Shown: one piece after another, positions 27,690-37,015 of the stretch
Numbering within the stretch: the first letter of the stretch is position 1
How the letters are laid out: every line of letters begins with the position of its first letter
Origin: Candidatus Omnitrophota bacterium
GTDB taxonomy: Bacteria; Omnitrophota; Gorgyraeia; Gygaellales; Profunditerraquicolaceae
DNA length: 64,000 nt
Reading direction: 5' to 3'
Assembly (NCBI GenBank): GCA_041663665.1
Contig: JBAYMG010000003.1
Location: 3,991-67,990 of the forward strand
Translations under genes and position numbers: made by a program
The notes under the pieces: model-generated
What the model saw: the letters and a program-made list of their open reading frames with translations, nothing else
The model's database searches: none
Told to the model about the DNA's origin: nothing

Positions 27690-29568
27690 GTTAGTAAGCT
27701 TTTTCACAGCTTACTTACCTTTAAATTTCAGTCTTTTTTTTGGCAGGAGGCTGGGTGATCTTATTTATCTATTTGATAGGAAACATCGCTTGATTGCCTA
27801 TACGAATATCCGGCACGCTTTAGCTGATAAAATTAATTGGCAGAGATGCAAAAAGATTACTCGTTCTGCTTACCAGTCTTTTGGCCAGAATCTTATGGAA
27901 ATTTCTTTCATCGGGCGTATAGATAAACAGTATCTTGAAAAATATATCCAAATTGAGAATAAAGATAACATCGATGCTGCTTTTAAGAGAGGTAAGGGGG
28001 TAATTTTCCTGGCGGTTCATGAAGGAGATTGGGAGCTTTCTAATATTATTTGTGCCAATTTAGGTTTTCCTTTTACTTTGTTTGTGCGCGACCAGGGGCT
28101 TCCCCGGCTTAATGATTTACTTAATTCATATCGGCTTAAACGGGGGGCAAAGATTATTCATAAAAAAGCCGGAGTACGCCAATTAATTGAAGTGCTTAAA
28201 AATAACCAGGCGATCGGGATGACTACCGACCAGGGCGGCAAGAATGGACAACTGGTTAGATTTTTTGGGCAAGATGCTTCAATGGCTGTGGGTGCTGTAA
28301 AGTTGGCATTAAAGTATGATTGTTCAATAATTCCGGTTTTTTATACGCGGATTAAAGGTCCTTATACTAAAGTATTTTTGGATCAAGTTTATACGGTTAC
28401 CAGAAGCGAAAACCCTGAGAATGATTTAAAGGATAATTTGCAGAGAATAATTAGTGTCTATGAAAATTATATCCGGAAATATCCTTATGAATATCTCTGG
28501 ACTTACAAGGTATGGAAGTACGGCAAGGATAAGGAAATCTTAATTCTTTCTGATGGAAAAACCGGCCATTTGCGTCAATCAGAAGGATTAGCTAAATTAA
28601 TTAACCAACAGTTGTCCAGCCGGGGCATAAAAACTAATTTGTTTATTAAAGAAGTAAAATTCGGCCGCGAGGCCTTAGTTTGGCTTCAAATAGCCAAAGC
28701 CATCGGCCGCATTGATTGTTTGCGCCATGCTTTAACTGATGAAAGCTGGCAAAGTTTAATGAGTTCTAAACCGGATTATATTATTTCTGCCGGAGGCTTG
28801 ATGAGTGTTCTAAATTATCTTTTAGCCCGGGAAAACCAGGCAAAATCAATTTGCTTAATGAAGCCGTCGAATATCAGCTTAAAAAAATTTAATTTAGTAA
28901 TTGTTCCGGAACACGACGGGAATTTTAAAAGAAAGAACGTCGTAATTACTGAAGGGGCGCTTAATTTAATTGACGCTGATTATTTAAATCAGAAACTAGA
29001 GAGAATAAGGCGCTCTGGCCTTATCAAAGCAGGTTTACTTAATCCTTGTATTGGGGTATTAATTGGAGGAGATAGTAAGAATTTTTCTCTCGATCAAAAG
29101 ATAATAACTAAGCTTGCTGTTCAAATTAAGAAATCTGCTGAAGAGTTAAATGCCAGCCTTTTGATTTCTACTTCACGTCGTACTTCTCCGGAAGTCCAGG
29201 AGCAGGTAAAAAATGAATTTGCCAATTATCCACGCTGCAAGTTGTTGGTTATTGCCAATGAGAATAACAATCCGGATGTTGTTGGAGGAATAATCGGATT
29301 AAGTAATATAATAATCAATTCTCCGGAAAGTATTTCCATGATTTCTGAAGCCGCGGCAGGAGAGAAATACGTTGTCGTATTTAAGGCTAGAGGCCTGAGT
29401 AGAAAGCATGAACGTTTTTTAAAAAAATTTCAAACCAAGAAGTATATCTATTTTAAACAGATTGAAGAATTAGCTGATTGTCTTAACTGGATATGGCAAA
29501 ATAAACCTCAAGTTAATTCTCCCCGGGATGATTTAAAAGTAATTGAGGGTTTAAATAAAATAATATGA
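27643..29568 (+). CDS. fusion: lipid A biosynthesis late acyltransferase (LpxL/HtrB family) + C-terminal ELM1-like (DUF1022) domain
   Basis: N-terminal ~300 aa: TM anchor, then LAVHEGDWELSN (H(X)4D/E-type acyltransferase motif) and the MTTDQGG region typical of Kdo2-lipid IVA acyltransferases. C-terminal ~340 aa starts ILILSDGKTGHLRQSEGLAKL, resembling the SDGkxGHenQ opening of the Mito_fiss_Elm1 family. 47-nt overlap with lpxK. Confidence 0.65.
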   Translation: MKPNSIVDYSACILFRLVSFFTAYLPLNFSLFFGRRLGDLIYLFDRKHRLIAYTNIRHALADKINWQRCKKITRSAYQSFGQNLMEISFIGRIDKQYLEKYIQIENKDNIDAAFKRGKGVIFLAVHEGDWELSNIICANLGFPFTLFVRDQGLPRLNDLLNSYRLKRGAKIIHKKAGVRQLIEVLKNNQAIGMTTDQGGKNGQLVRFFGQDASMAVGAVKLALKYDCSIIPVFYTRIKGPYTKVFLDQVYTVTRSENPENDLKDNLQRIISVYENYIRKYPYEYLWTYKVWKYGKDKEILILSDGKTGHLRQSEGLAKLINQQLSSRGIKTNLFIKEVKFGREALVWLQIAKAIGRIDCLRHALTDESWQSLMSSKPDYIISAGGLMSVLNYLLARENQAKSICLMKPSNISLKKFNLVIVPEHDGNFKRKNVVITEGALNLIDADYLNQKLERIRRSGLIKAGLLNPCIGVLIGGDSKNFSLDQKIITKLAVQIKKSAEELNASLLISTSRRTSPEVQEQVKNEFANYPRCKLLVIANENNNPDVVGGIIGLSNIIINSPESISMISEAAAGEKYVVVFKARGLSRKHERFLKKFQTKKYIYFKQIEELADCLNWIWQNKPQVNSPRDDLKVIEGLNKII

Positions 29569-31658
29569 AAATATTGCAGATATTGCCTGAACTTAATGTC
29601 GGAGGAGTTGAAACCGGGACTTTGGATTTATCCAAATATCTGGTTCGGCTGGGACATAAATCAGTAGTTGTTTCTGCCGGCGGGAGTTTGGTTAAAGAAT
29701 TAGAATCCGGAGGCGCTAAACATTATACCTTAGCAGTAAACAAGAAATCGATTGTTTCTATGTTCAAGTTGGTTCCGGAATTAGTTAAGATAATTAAAAA
29801 AGAAGAGATTGATATTGTGCATGCTCGTTCAAGGGTGCCGGCTTGGATCGCTTATTTTGCCTGTCGGCGGACCAAAGCAGTATTGATTACTACTTGCCAC
29901 GGTTATTATAAAAAACACTTTTTTGGTTTAGTCATGGGCTGGGCAAAAAGAGTAATTGCTATAAGCAATGTGATTGCCAGGCATATGATCGATGATTTTT
30001 CTGTTCCGCATGATCGTATTAAGCTTGTGCCGCGCAGCGTAGATTTAGAGAAATTTAAGTACCTTGACCCTAAAGAAAAAAGAAAGGAAGTTTTTAATGT
30101 CGGCATTATCGGCAGGATTACTCCACTCAAGGGACACTTGCATTTTATTAAGGCTATGGCGCATCTTTCCCGGGTTATTCCGCGCTTAAAGATTTGGATT
30201 GTCGGGGATGCTCCTGCTTCGAAGGAAGCGTATAAAGAAGAAGTCCAGGTTTTAGTCCGCAGGCTCGGGCTTTGGCATTGCACGCAGTTTTTGGGTACGC
30301 AGCGGGATATTCCTGGAATACTGGCGAATTTGGATTTAGTAGTTTTGTCGACTACAACCCATGAAGCATTCGGCCGGGTGGTGGTTGAGGCCCAGGCTGC
30401 TGGAGTACCGGTGGTAGCTACCAAGGTCGGAGGCGTAATTGATATTATTGAGGATGGTAAAAATGGGCTTCTTGTGCCTCCGGCAGATCACAAGAGTATG
30501 GCTGAAGCTGTGCTGCGGATATACAAGGATGTGCAATTAGCAAGAGAATTAGCTGAGAATGCTTATGCTAAGGTTAAAGAAAAGTATAATGTGGAATTAA
30601 TGGTTAAAAATACCCTGGATGTTTACCGGGATGCTTTAAGTAATTTTAAAATTCTAATCATTAAGCTTAGTTCTTTAGGGGATGTAATTCTAACTACCGC
30701 GGCGTTAAGGGCTATCCGGGAAAAATTTCCCCGGCCGAATTTTAAAATAAGCTTTTTAATTGGTGAAGAATCTAAGGATATACTTTTGAGGAGCCCTTAC
30801 ATTGATGAACTGTTAGTTTGTGACCTAAAGAATAAAGATAAAGGTTTATCCGGCTTATGGAACGTTGGGAATATTTTACGCAAGAAATATTTTGACATGG
30901 TCATCGACCTGCAGAATAGCCGGGCAAGCCATGTATTATCTTATTTAAGCGGTTCGATTAACCGGTATGGCTATGACAACAATAAATTTTCTTTTTTACT
31001 TAATCATACTATTAGAGATGACAAGTCGTTGATTGATCCGGTAACTCATCAATTTAGAATTTTAAAAATGCTCGGAATTGATCTTTTGAATAGCCGTCTT
31101 GAGCTTTGGCCGTCTATGGAAGATAGTAAAGCTATGGATGAGCTTTTGAACGCCCAGTGGGTAAGCCAGGCGCAAAAGATTGTTGGGATTAATATTAGTG
31201 CTTCTAAAAGGTGGAATACTAAAATTTGGCCGCTGGAATATCTAGTCTGTTTGTGCGAAGAATTAGGATTAAAAGATATACGTGTGGTAGTCACCGGTAC
31301 AGCTAGCGATATTTCTTTTGCTAACCGGTTGATTGGTTCAATAAAAAATACGAAGATTATCAATGTTTGTGGTAAAACCAGCATAAACGAGTTAGCGGCT
31401 TTAATTAGTAAATGTAACGTATTTATTTCTGCGGATTCTTCTCCGCTGCACGTTGCTTCTGCTGTTGGCACTGCTTTTGTTGCGTTGTTTGGCCCGACTG
31501 ATTACCGCCGGCATTTACCTCCCGGTAAAAATTGTGTTGTAATTAGCAAGAACCTGAATTGTAGCCCTTGTTATAAAACTAGCTGCCGGTCTAAGCGCTG
31601 TATGGCTGAGATTAAACCCAATGAAGTATTTGAAGCTGTGGTAAAATTGCTTAAATGA
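29565..31658 (+). CDS. bifunctional glycosyltransferase: N-terminal GT4 (GT-B, retaining) + C-terminal GT9 (heptosyltransferase-like) domains
   Basis: N-terminus MKILQILPELNVGGVETGTLDL...E(X)7E-type region VVEAQAAGVPVVATKVGG. C-terminus ILIIKLSSLGDVILTTAALRAIREKFP and ADSSPLHVASAVG (GT9 signatures). 697 aa. Confidence 0.8.
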   Translation: MKILQILPELNVGGVETGTLDLSKYLVRLGHKSVVVSAGGSLVKELESGGAKHYTLAVNKKSIVSMFKLVPELVKIIKKEEIDIVHARSRVPAWIAYFACRRTKAVLITTCHGYYKKHFFGLVMGWAKRVIAISNVIARHMIDDFSVPHDRIKLVPRSVDLEKFKYLDPKEKRKEVFNVGIIGRITPLKGHLHFIKAMAHLSRVIPRLKIWIVGDAPASKEAYKEEVQVLVRRLGLWHCTQFLGTQRDIPGILANLDLVVLSTTTHEAFGRVVVEAQAAGVPVVATKVGGVIDIIEDGKNGLLVPPADHKSMAEAVLRIYKDVQLARELAENAYAKVKEKYNVELMVKNTLDVYRDALSNFKILIIKLSSLGDVILTTAALRAIREKFPRPNFKISFLIGEESKDILLRSPYIDELLVCDLKNKDKGLSGLWNVGNILRKKYFDMVIDLQNSRASHVLSYLSGSINRYGYDNNKFSFLLNHTIRDDKSLIDPVTHQFRILKMLGIDLLNSRLELWPSMEDSKAMDELLNAQWVSQAQKIVGINISASKRWNTKIWPLEYLVCLCEELGLKDIRVVVTGTASDISFANRLIGSIKNTKIINVCGKTSINELAALISKCNVFISADSSPLHVASAVGTAFVALFGPTDYRRHLPPGKNCVVISKNLNCSPCYKTSCRSKRCMAEIKPNEVFEAVVKLLK

Positions 31659-31727
31659 ACCACGTATATTCTGTAATTTTAACTATGGAATGGGGTTTAA
31701 TGAAATGAATAAGGAAGAGGGTGTAAG

Positions 31728-32822
31728 GTGAATGTGCTTTTTATTGCTAATCATCTTAACGTTGGTGGAATATCCAGTTATCTGTTTACTTTATCTACCG
31801 GTTTAAAAGAAAATGGGCATAATGTTTATTTGGCTTCCAGCGGCGGAGAATTAGTTGAAAAGTTTGTTTTGTCGGGAATAAAACATATCCAGGTCCCCCT
31901 AAAGACAAAGAGCGAAATCAGCCCGAAAATTATTCTTAGTTTTTTAAAATTAAAAAAACTGATGCGGGTAAATAATATTGACCTGGTTCATTCCAATAGC
32001 CGGACTACTCAGGTGTTGGGTAATTTATTGAGCCGATCCAGGGGTGTTGTGCATATTTTCACTTGTCACGGTTTTTTTAAGCCGAAACTTTCACGCAGGC
32101 TTTTCCCATGTTGGGGAGAAGCTGTTATTGCTATCAGCCAAGAGGTAAAAGAGCATTTAATTTTCGATCTTAAATTACCTGAGTGTAAGATAAGTGTAAT
32201 AAATAATGGTATTGATGTTAAAAATTTCGGAGATTTTTCGCAAAGGGATAATTTACGTAAAAAATTAGGAGTTAATGACCAGTTTTTAGTCGGTATTATC
32301 GCCCGTTTATCTGATGTAAAAGGCCATATTTATCTTATTCGGGCAATGCCTGAAATTTTGAAAAGCTTTGCTCTGGTTAAATTATTAATTATCGGAGAGG
32401 GTAAGATGAAAACAACGCTAGTTAAGGAAGTTGATCGCTTAGGTATTAAGGATAGCGTTTTATTTATTGATCAGGCCAGCGAAACTAGGGACATGCTTTC
32501 AGCGATGGATATTTTTATTATGCCTTCATTGCAGGAGGGGTTGGGGCTTGCGCTTATGGAAGCAATGGCTCAAGGTTTGGCTGTTGTTGGTTCTCGTGTC
32601 GGAGGAATAAAGACCTTAATTCAGGATAAGGTTAATGGCTTATTAGTTAATCCGCAGGATTCCGCAATGCTGGCTGAAGCAATCATAACTTTACTTAAAG
32701 ACAGCCGGATGCGCCGTGATTTAGGATTGAATGCGCGTAAATTTATTATGGGTAATTTCTCTAACGAAAAAATGGTTGAAGGTACAGAACTAATTTATAA
32801 ACATTGTTTAAAAGATGGATAA
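31728..32822 (+). CDS. glycosyltransferase family 4
   Basis: MNVLFIANHLNVGGISSYLFTL...LMEAMAQGLAVVGSRVGG; 364 aa. Confidence 0.85.
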   Translation: MNVLFIANHLNVGGISSYLFTLSTGLKENGHNVYLASSGGELVEKFVLSGIKHIQVPLKTKSEISPKIILSFLKLKKLMRVNNIDLVHSNSRTTQVLGNLLSRSRGVVHIFTCHGFFKPKLSRRLFPCWGEAVIAISQEVKEHLIFDLKLPECKISVINNGIDVKNFGDFSQRDNLRKKLGVNDQFLVGIIARLSDVKGHIYLIRAMPEILKSFALVKLLIIGEGKMKTTLVKEVDRLGIKDSVLFIDQASETRDMLSAMDIFIMPSLQEGLGLALMEAMAQGLAVVGSRVGGIKTLIQDKVNGLLVNPQDSAMLAEAIITLLKDSRMRRDLGLNARKFIMGNFSNEKMVEGTELIYKHCLKDG

Positions 32823-33852
32823 AAGGCACAGTTATAAACGTATTTTAATATTTAACGTTAATTGGCTGGGGGATGTTTTATTTTCTACCGCAACCATAAG
32901 GAATATTCGCATGAACTATCCTGATAGTTATCTTGCCTGCATAATTCCTAGCCGTTGTTCTGCGATATTAAAAGGCAATCCCTATCTGGATGAAGTGATT
33001 CTCTTTGATGAGAAAGATAAACATCGGGGAGTGTTCGCCAAGCTTAATTTTGTCAATCTTCTTAAAAACAAAGAATTTGATGCTGTTTTTCTGTTACACC
33101 GCTCGTTTAGCCGGGCACTCATCTGTCGCTTGGCCGGTATTGTTAACCGCATCGGGCATATTACTAAGAAGCGCGCATTTCTTTTGACTAAGCGGATTGT
33201 TCCTCCGAAAGTTGATTCTCTGCATCGTATAGATTATTATCTGGATATAATCAAGAAGGATGGGCTGCGTGTTGTAGACCGGCACCTGGATTTCTTTTTT
33301 GCCGTTGAAGATGAAGAAGCTGTTGATAAGTTTTTAATTAAAAATTCAGTTTTCAAGGATAATTTTGTAATCGCGCTTAATCCCGGAGGAAATTGGCTGC
33401 CTAAACGCTGGCCTCGGGAATATTGGGCAGAATTGGCGGATAAATTAATTAGTCAGTTAAAAGCGAAAGTAATTGTTACCGGTAGTTCAGCTGATTTATT
33501 ATTGGTTAATCAGATTAAAGAGAATATGCGGGAGTTACCGTTAGTTGCTTGCGGGGTTTTTAATATAAAGCAACTGGGGGCATTAGCAAAAAAGGTTGAC
33601 CTTTTTATTACTGCCGATACCGGCCCATTACATATTGCTAATGCTGTGGGCGCTAAAAAAATAATTGCGATATTTGGGCCGACTGCCAAAGAGATTACCG
33701 GTCCGTATCCGCCTACGAATGTGATTATTTTACAAAAAAATACAGGGTGTTTGATACCCTGCTATAAGGTTGATTGTCAGGATAACCGTTGTATGAAGGC
33801 AGTTACTCCTGATGATGTTTTTGCTGAAGCCAGAAAAGTAATAAAAAAATGA
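32815..33852 (+). CDS. glycosyltransferase family 9 (LPS heptosyltransferase-like)
   Basis: ILIFNVNWLGDVLFSTATIRNIRMNYP, ADTGPLHIANAVG; 345 aa. Confidence 0.85.
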   Translation: MDKRHSYKRILIFNVNWLGDVLFSTATIRNIRMNYPDSYLACIIPSRCSAILKGNPYLDEVILFDEKDKHRGVFAKLNFVNLLKNKEFDAVFLLHRSFSRALICRLAGIVNRIGHITKKRAFLLTKRIVPPKVDSLHRIDYYLDIIKKDGLRVVDRHLDFFFAVEDEEAVDKFLIKNSVFKDNFVIALNPGGNWLPKRWPREYWAELADKLISQLKAKVIVTGSSADLLLVNQIKENMRELPLVACGVFNIKQLGALAKKVDLFITADTGPLHIANAVGAKKIIAIFGPTAKEITGPYPPTNVIILQKNTGCLIPCYKVDCQDNRCMKAVTPDDVFAEARKVIKK

Positions 33853-35855
33853 AGATTCTTTTTGTAACCTTAAGCAATATTGGGGATTGTATTTTGACTC
33901 TTCCGGTTTTAGATGTTTTGCGGGAAAAATACCCGCAGGCAAAAATTACCTGTCTTGTGCCGCCCCGGCCTAGCGAGATTTTTGTTAATAATCCGGTAGT
34001 TGATAGAGTGGTTGTATTTGATAAGCATGTTAAGTTAAAAGAAAAGATTAATTTATTCCTTTCATTAAATAAGGAAAAATTCGATTTAGTTGTCGATTTG
34101 CGGAACAGTTTTTTCGGTGCTTTCCTTGCGGCTAAAAAAAGAACTTCTCCTCTGCGCAGGATTCCTAAAAAGTTCAGGCATATGAAAGACCGGCATTTAT
34201 TTTGGGCTGAATTTTGTGATTATGTTTTGAAGAATAAATTAAATCGGTCTTTAGTGATTACTTCTGGCGATAGGGATTATATTGCGGGTATGCTTAAGGA
34301 GAATAATTTAGCTGATTGTGATAAATTGATCGTGGTTGCTCCTGGTTCACGGAGCCAGTCTAAGTGTTGGGACAAGCAAAATTTTAGCCAGCTCTGCCGT
34401 CGGCTAGTTAAGGAAGGTTTTGATTTGGTTTTAGTCGGTGATAAGGCCGATCAGTTTGCTTGTTCGTATGTGCAGAAATCCTGTCCGGAAGCTGTTAACC
34501 TTTGCGCTAGAACATCTATAAGCCAGTTGGCTGCTTTATTGAAAAAAGCAAAATTATTATTGACCAATGACAGCGCGGTGATGCACTTAGCAAGCTATTT
34601 GGATGTACCGGTTGCAGCAATATTCGGGCCAACCGATGAAGCCAAATACGGTCCATGGTCGAAAAAAAGCGTGGTGATTAAAAAAGATATTTTTTGTCGG
34701 CCTTGTCAGAAAGCGCAATGCCGTTTTCAAACTTTAGCTTGTTTGGCGGCAATCAAACCCGATGATGTGTTCTTGCAGATAAAGCCCTTACTTGAGGATA
34801 ACGGCCAAATAATCCTTGGAAATAATAAGCAGTACCGCAGAATTCTTATCAGCCGTACAGATCGCATGGGGGATGTTCTTTTATCAACTCCGGTTATTCA
34901 GGCCCTAAGGGAAAGTTTTCCCCAGGCTTATATTGCGATGATGGTTACTCCTTATGCTCGAGATATCGTCGAAGGTAACCCTTATTTGGATGAAGTTATC
35001 CTCTACGATAAAGACGGCAAACATAAAAGCTGGGTAGGGAGCCTTAAATTTGCCGGCAGATTAAAGAAGAAAAAATTTGACTTGGCGATTGTTTTGTATC
35101 CTAATAACCGCGTACATTTGATAACTTTTTTAGCCGGGATTAATCAACGTTTGGGTTATGATCGTAATTTTAAATTTTTACTTACAGATCAAATTAAGCA
35201 CACTAAACAATATGGGGAAAAGCATGAATCCGAGTATGCTTTAGACCTGGTTAGGTATTTAGGGGTTAAGCCTAAAGAAGTTTCGTTGTTTATGCCGATA
35301 AAGCAGGAGTCCGAGGAATGGGCTAATGCCTTGTTCAGAGAAGAAGGTATTAAGGGTACGGATAGATTATTAGTTATTCATCCGACTGCAAGCTGTGATT
35401 CAAGGATTTGGCCGGCTGAAAGGTATGCGCAAGTTGCTGAAAAGCTTATTCAGAAATATGGTTTTAAAGTTTGTATTGTTTCCGGCGGTAAGGATATTCA
35501 AAAAGCCAAAGCGGTGGTTAAAAACATGCGCAGTAAGGTGGTGGACCTAATTGGCAAGACTTCAATTAGCCAGGTGGCTAGCCTGTTAAAGAGATCACAA
35601 TTGTTTATTTCTACGGATTCCGGGCCCATGCACGTGGCAGTGGCTTTCGGTGTGCCGGTGGTTACGATTTTTGGCCGCAAACAACCAGGGCTTAGCCCGA
35701 AGCGCTGGGGGCCGCTGGGTAAACAAAGTAAATATCTTCATAAAGATGTGGGCTGCATTCAGTGCTTGGCGCATAATTGCAAAAAAGAGTTTGCCTGCCT
35801 TAAAGCAATCAGCGTTGATGATGTCGTTTTAGCCGTAGAATCAATTTTAAAGTAA
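33849..35855 (+). CDS. tandem double GT9 (two heptosyltransferase-like domains in one 668-aa polypeptide)
   Basis: Domain 1 ILFVTLSNIGDCILTLPVLDVLREKYP...NDSAVMHLAS. Domain 2 ILISRTDRMGDVLLSTPVIQALRESFP...TDSGPMHVAVAFG. Confidence 0.8.
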   Translation: MKILFVTLSNIGDCILTLPVLDVLREKYPQAKITCLVPPRPSEIFVNNPVVDRVVVFDKHVKLKEKINLFLSLNKEKFDLVVDLRNSFFGAFLAAKKRTSPLRRIPKKFRHMKDRHLFWAEFCDYVLKNKLNRSLVITSGDRDYIAGMLKENNLADCDKLIVVAPGSRSQSKCWDKQNFSQLCRRLVKEGFDLVLVGDKADQFACSYVQKSCPEAVNLCARTSISQLAALLKKAKLLLTNDSAVMHLASYLDVPVAAIFGPTDEAKYGPWSKKSVVIKKDIFCRPCQKAQCRFQTLACLAAIKPDDVFLQIKPLLEDNGQIILGNNKQYRRILISRTDRMGDVLLSTPVIQALRESFPQAYIAMMVTPYARDIVEGNPYLDEVILYDKDGKHKSWVGSLKFAGRLKKKKFDLAIVLYPNNRVHLITFLAGINQRLGYDRNFKFLLTDQIKHTKQYGEKHESEYALDLVRYLGVKPKEVSLFMPIKQESEEWANALFREEGIKGTDRLLVIHPTASCDSRIWPAERYAQVAEKLIQKYGFKVCIVSGGKDIQKAKAVVKNMRSKVVDLIGKTSISQVASLLKRSQLFISTDSGPMHVAVAFGVPVVTIFGRKQPGLSPKRWGPLGKQSKYLHKDVGCIQCLAHNCKKEFACLKAISVDDVVLAVESILK

Positions 35856-35960
35856 CTTAAATTTATCTGTTTTGCCTTATTTTTCCGCGTACCGTTTTAC
35901 TTAAAAACCTGAATAAATCTGCACCTTAAAACAAGCTAATCCGGTTAAGAAAATCAACCG

Positions 35961-36020
35961 TTGTACGCTGAGTCAGTATTGTTAAAATCTATTTGCTTTA
36001 GTGCTAGATTATGCTAAAAT
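35961..36020 (+). promoter_or_regulatory. two tandem sigma70-like promoter candidates upstream of the DHS-like gene
   Basis: TTGTAC-16nt-TAAAAT at 35961-35988 and TTGCTT-16nt-TAAAAT at 35993-36020. The second leaves only ~5 nt of leader before the ATG at 36033. Confidence 0.3.
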
Positions 36021-36032
36021 TATACCTTCAAG

Positions 36033-36962
36033 ATGATAAATATTAAGAAGATTAAGACCTATTCAATAAATACTCGTTTAAGCAAGGTAAGTAAGGGTGA
36101 TTTTGCTCTTAAACCTGTTAAAGGCAAGAGTTTTAGTGCCTTTTTGGATTCTTTGCCCAATATTTTAAAAGCCAAAGATTTGGACGCGGTTTCTTCAGAT
36201 ATAGTTTCGGCGGCTAAGAAAAAGAAGGGCGTAATTTTTATGGCCGGAGCCCATGTTATTAAATGCGGGCTTAATCCGGTATTAATTGAATTAATCCAAA
36301 AGAAAATAATTACCTGTATTTGTTTGAATGGCGCAGGTATTATTCATGATTTTGAGATAGCTTTCCAGGGTAAAACTTCCGAAGATGTTGCTGAGAACTT
36401 AAAGACCGGAAAATTTGGCATGGGCAGAGAGACTGCTGATTTTTTAAATGTTGCTTCGACGAACGGAGTTAAAAAAGGTTTTGGTTTAGGCTATGCTGTA
36501 GCTAATGCGATAGCTGCGGAAAATTTACCAAATAAAGATTTAAGCCTGCTTTATAATGCTTATAAACACAAGGTGCCGGTTTGTGTTTTTGTGGGTATTG
36601 GAACTGATATAATTCACCAGCATCAATCATTTGATGCCGCCTCTACAGCGTTAGGTTCTTTGCGCGATTTTCATATTCTCGTTGACAATATCCGTTCGAT
36701 AAATCAAGGCGGGGTAGTTTTAAATTTTGGTTCGGCAGTATTATTGCCGGAAGTATTTTTAAAGGCGCTTAATCTTGCACGTAATTTGGGGAATAAAGTT
36801 AAAGATTTTACTACTGCAAATTTTGATATGATTTATCAATACCGGCCAAGCCAGAATGTGGTCAATCGCCCGGTTTTGTCAGGGGGTAAAGGCTATTATA
36901 TTATTGGCCATCATGAATTAATGCTTCCGCTTTTAGCCCAAAGTGTAATGGAAAAGATCTAA
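36033..36962 (+). CDS. deoxyhypusine synthase (DHS)-like family protein
   Basis: KKKGVIFMAGAHVIKCGLNPVLIELIQKKIITCICLNGAGIIHDFEIAF aligns by eye with archaeal/eukaryotic DHS ([46 protein letters not shown]). Later VPVCVFVGIGTDIIHQH aligns with IPIFSPAITDGSLG. 309 aa. Confidence 0.6.
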   Translation: MINIKKIKTYSINTRLSKVSKGDFALKPVKGKSFSAFLDSLPNILKAKDLDAVSSDIVSAAKKKKGVIFMAGAHVIKCGLNPVLIELIQKKIITCICLNGAGIIHDFEIAFQGKTSEDVAENLKTGKFGMGRETADFLNVASTNGVKKGFGLGYAVANAIAAENLPNKDLSLLYNAYKHKVPVCVFVGIGTDIIHQHQSFDAASTALGSLRDFHILVDNIRSINQGGVVLNFGSAVLLPEVFLKALNLARNLGNKVKDFTTANFDMIYQYRPSQNVVNRPVLSGGKGYYIIGHHELMLPLLAQSVMEKI

Positions 36963-37015
36963 AGGCCTGTAGAAAATAATATTTTAATCGGGTAAGAATA
37001 AGAGGATTTTAATCG

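Noticed and set aside
29906-30424. 172-aa minus-strand ORF and other antisense ORFs (30336..30536, 31049..31471, 33094..33285, 33730..33942, 35498..35680) within the glycosyltransferase genes
   Set aside because: All lie antisense to GT4/GT9 domains with clear signatures. No independent support.
33005-33187. 60-aa + strand ORF within the GT9 gene (other frame)
   Set aside because: Out-of-frame overlap with a CDS bearing GT9 motifs.
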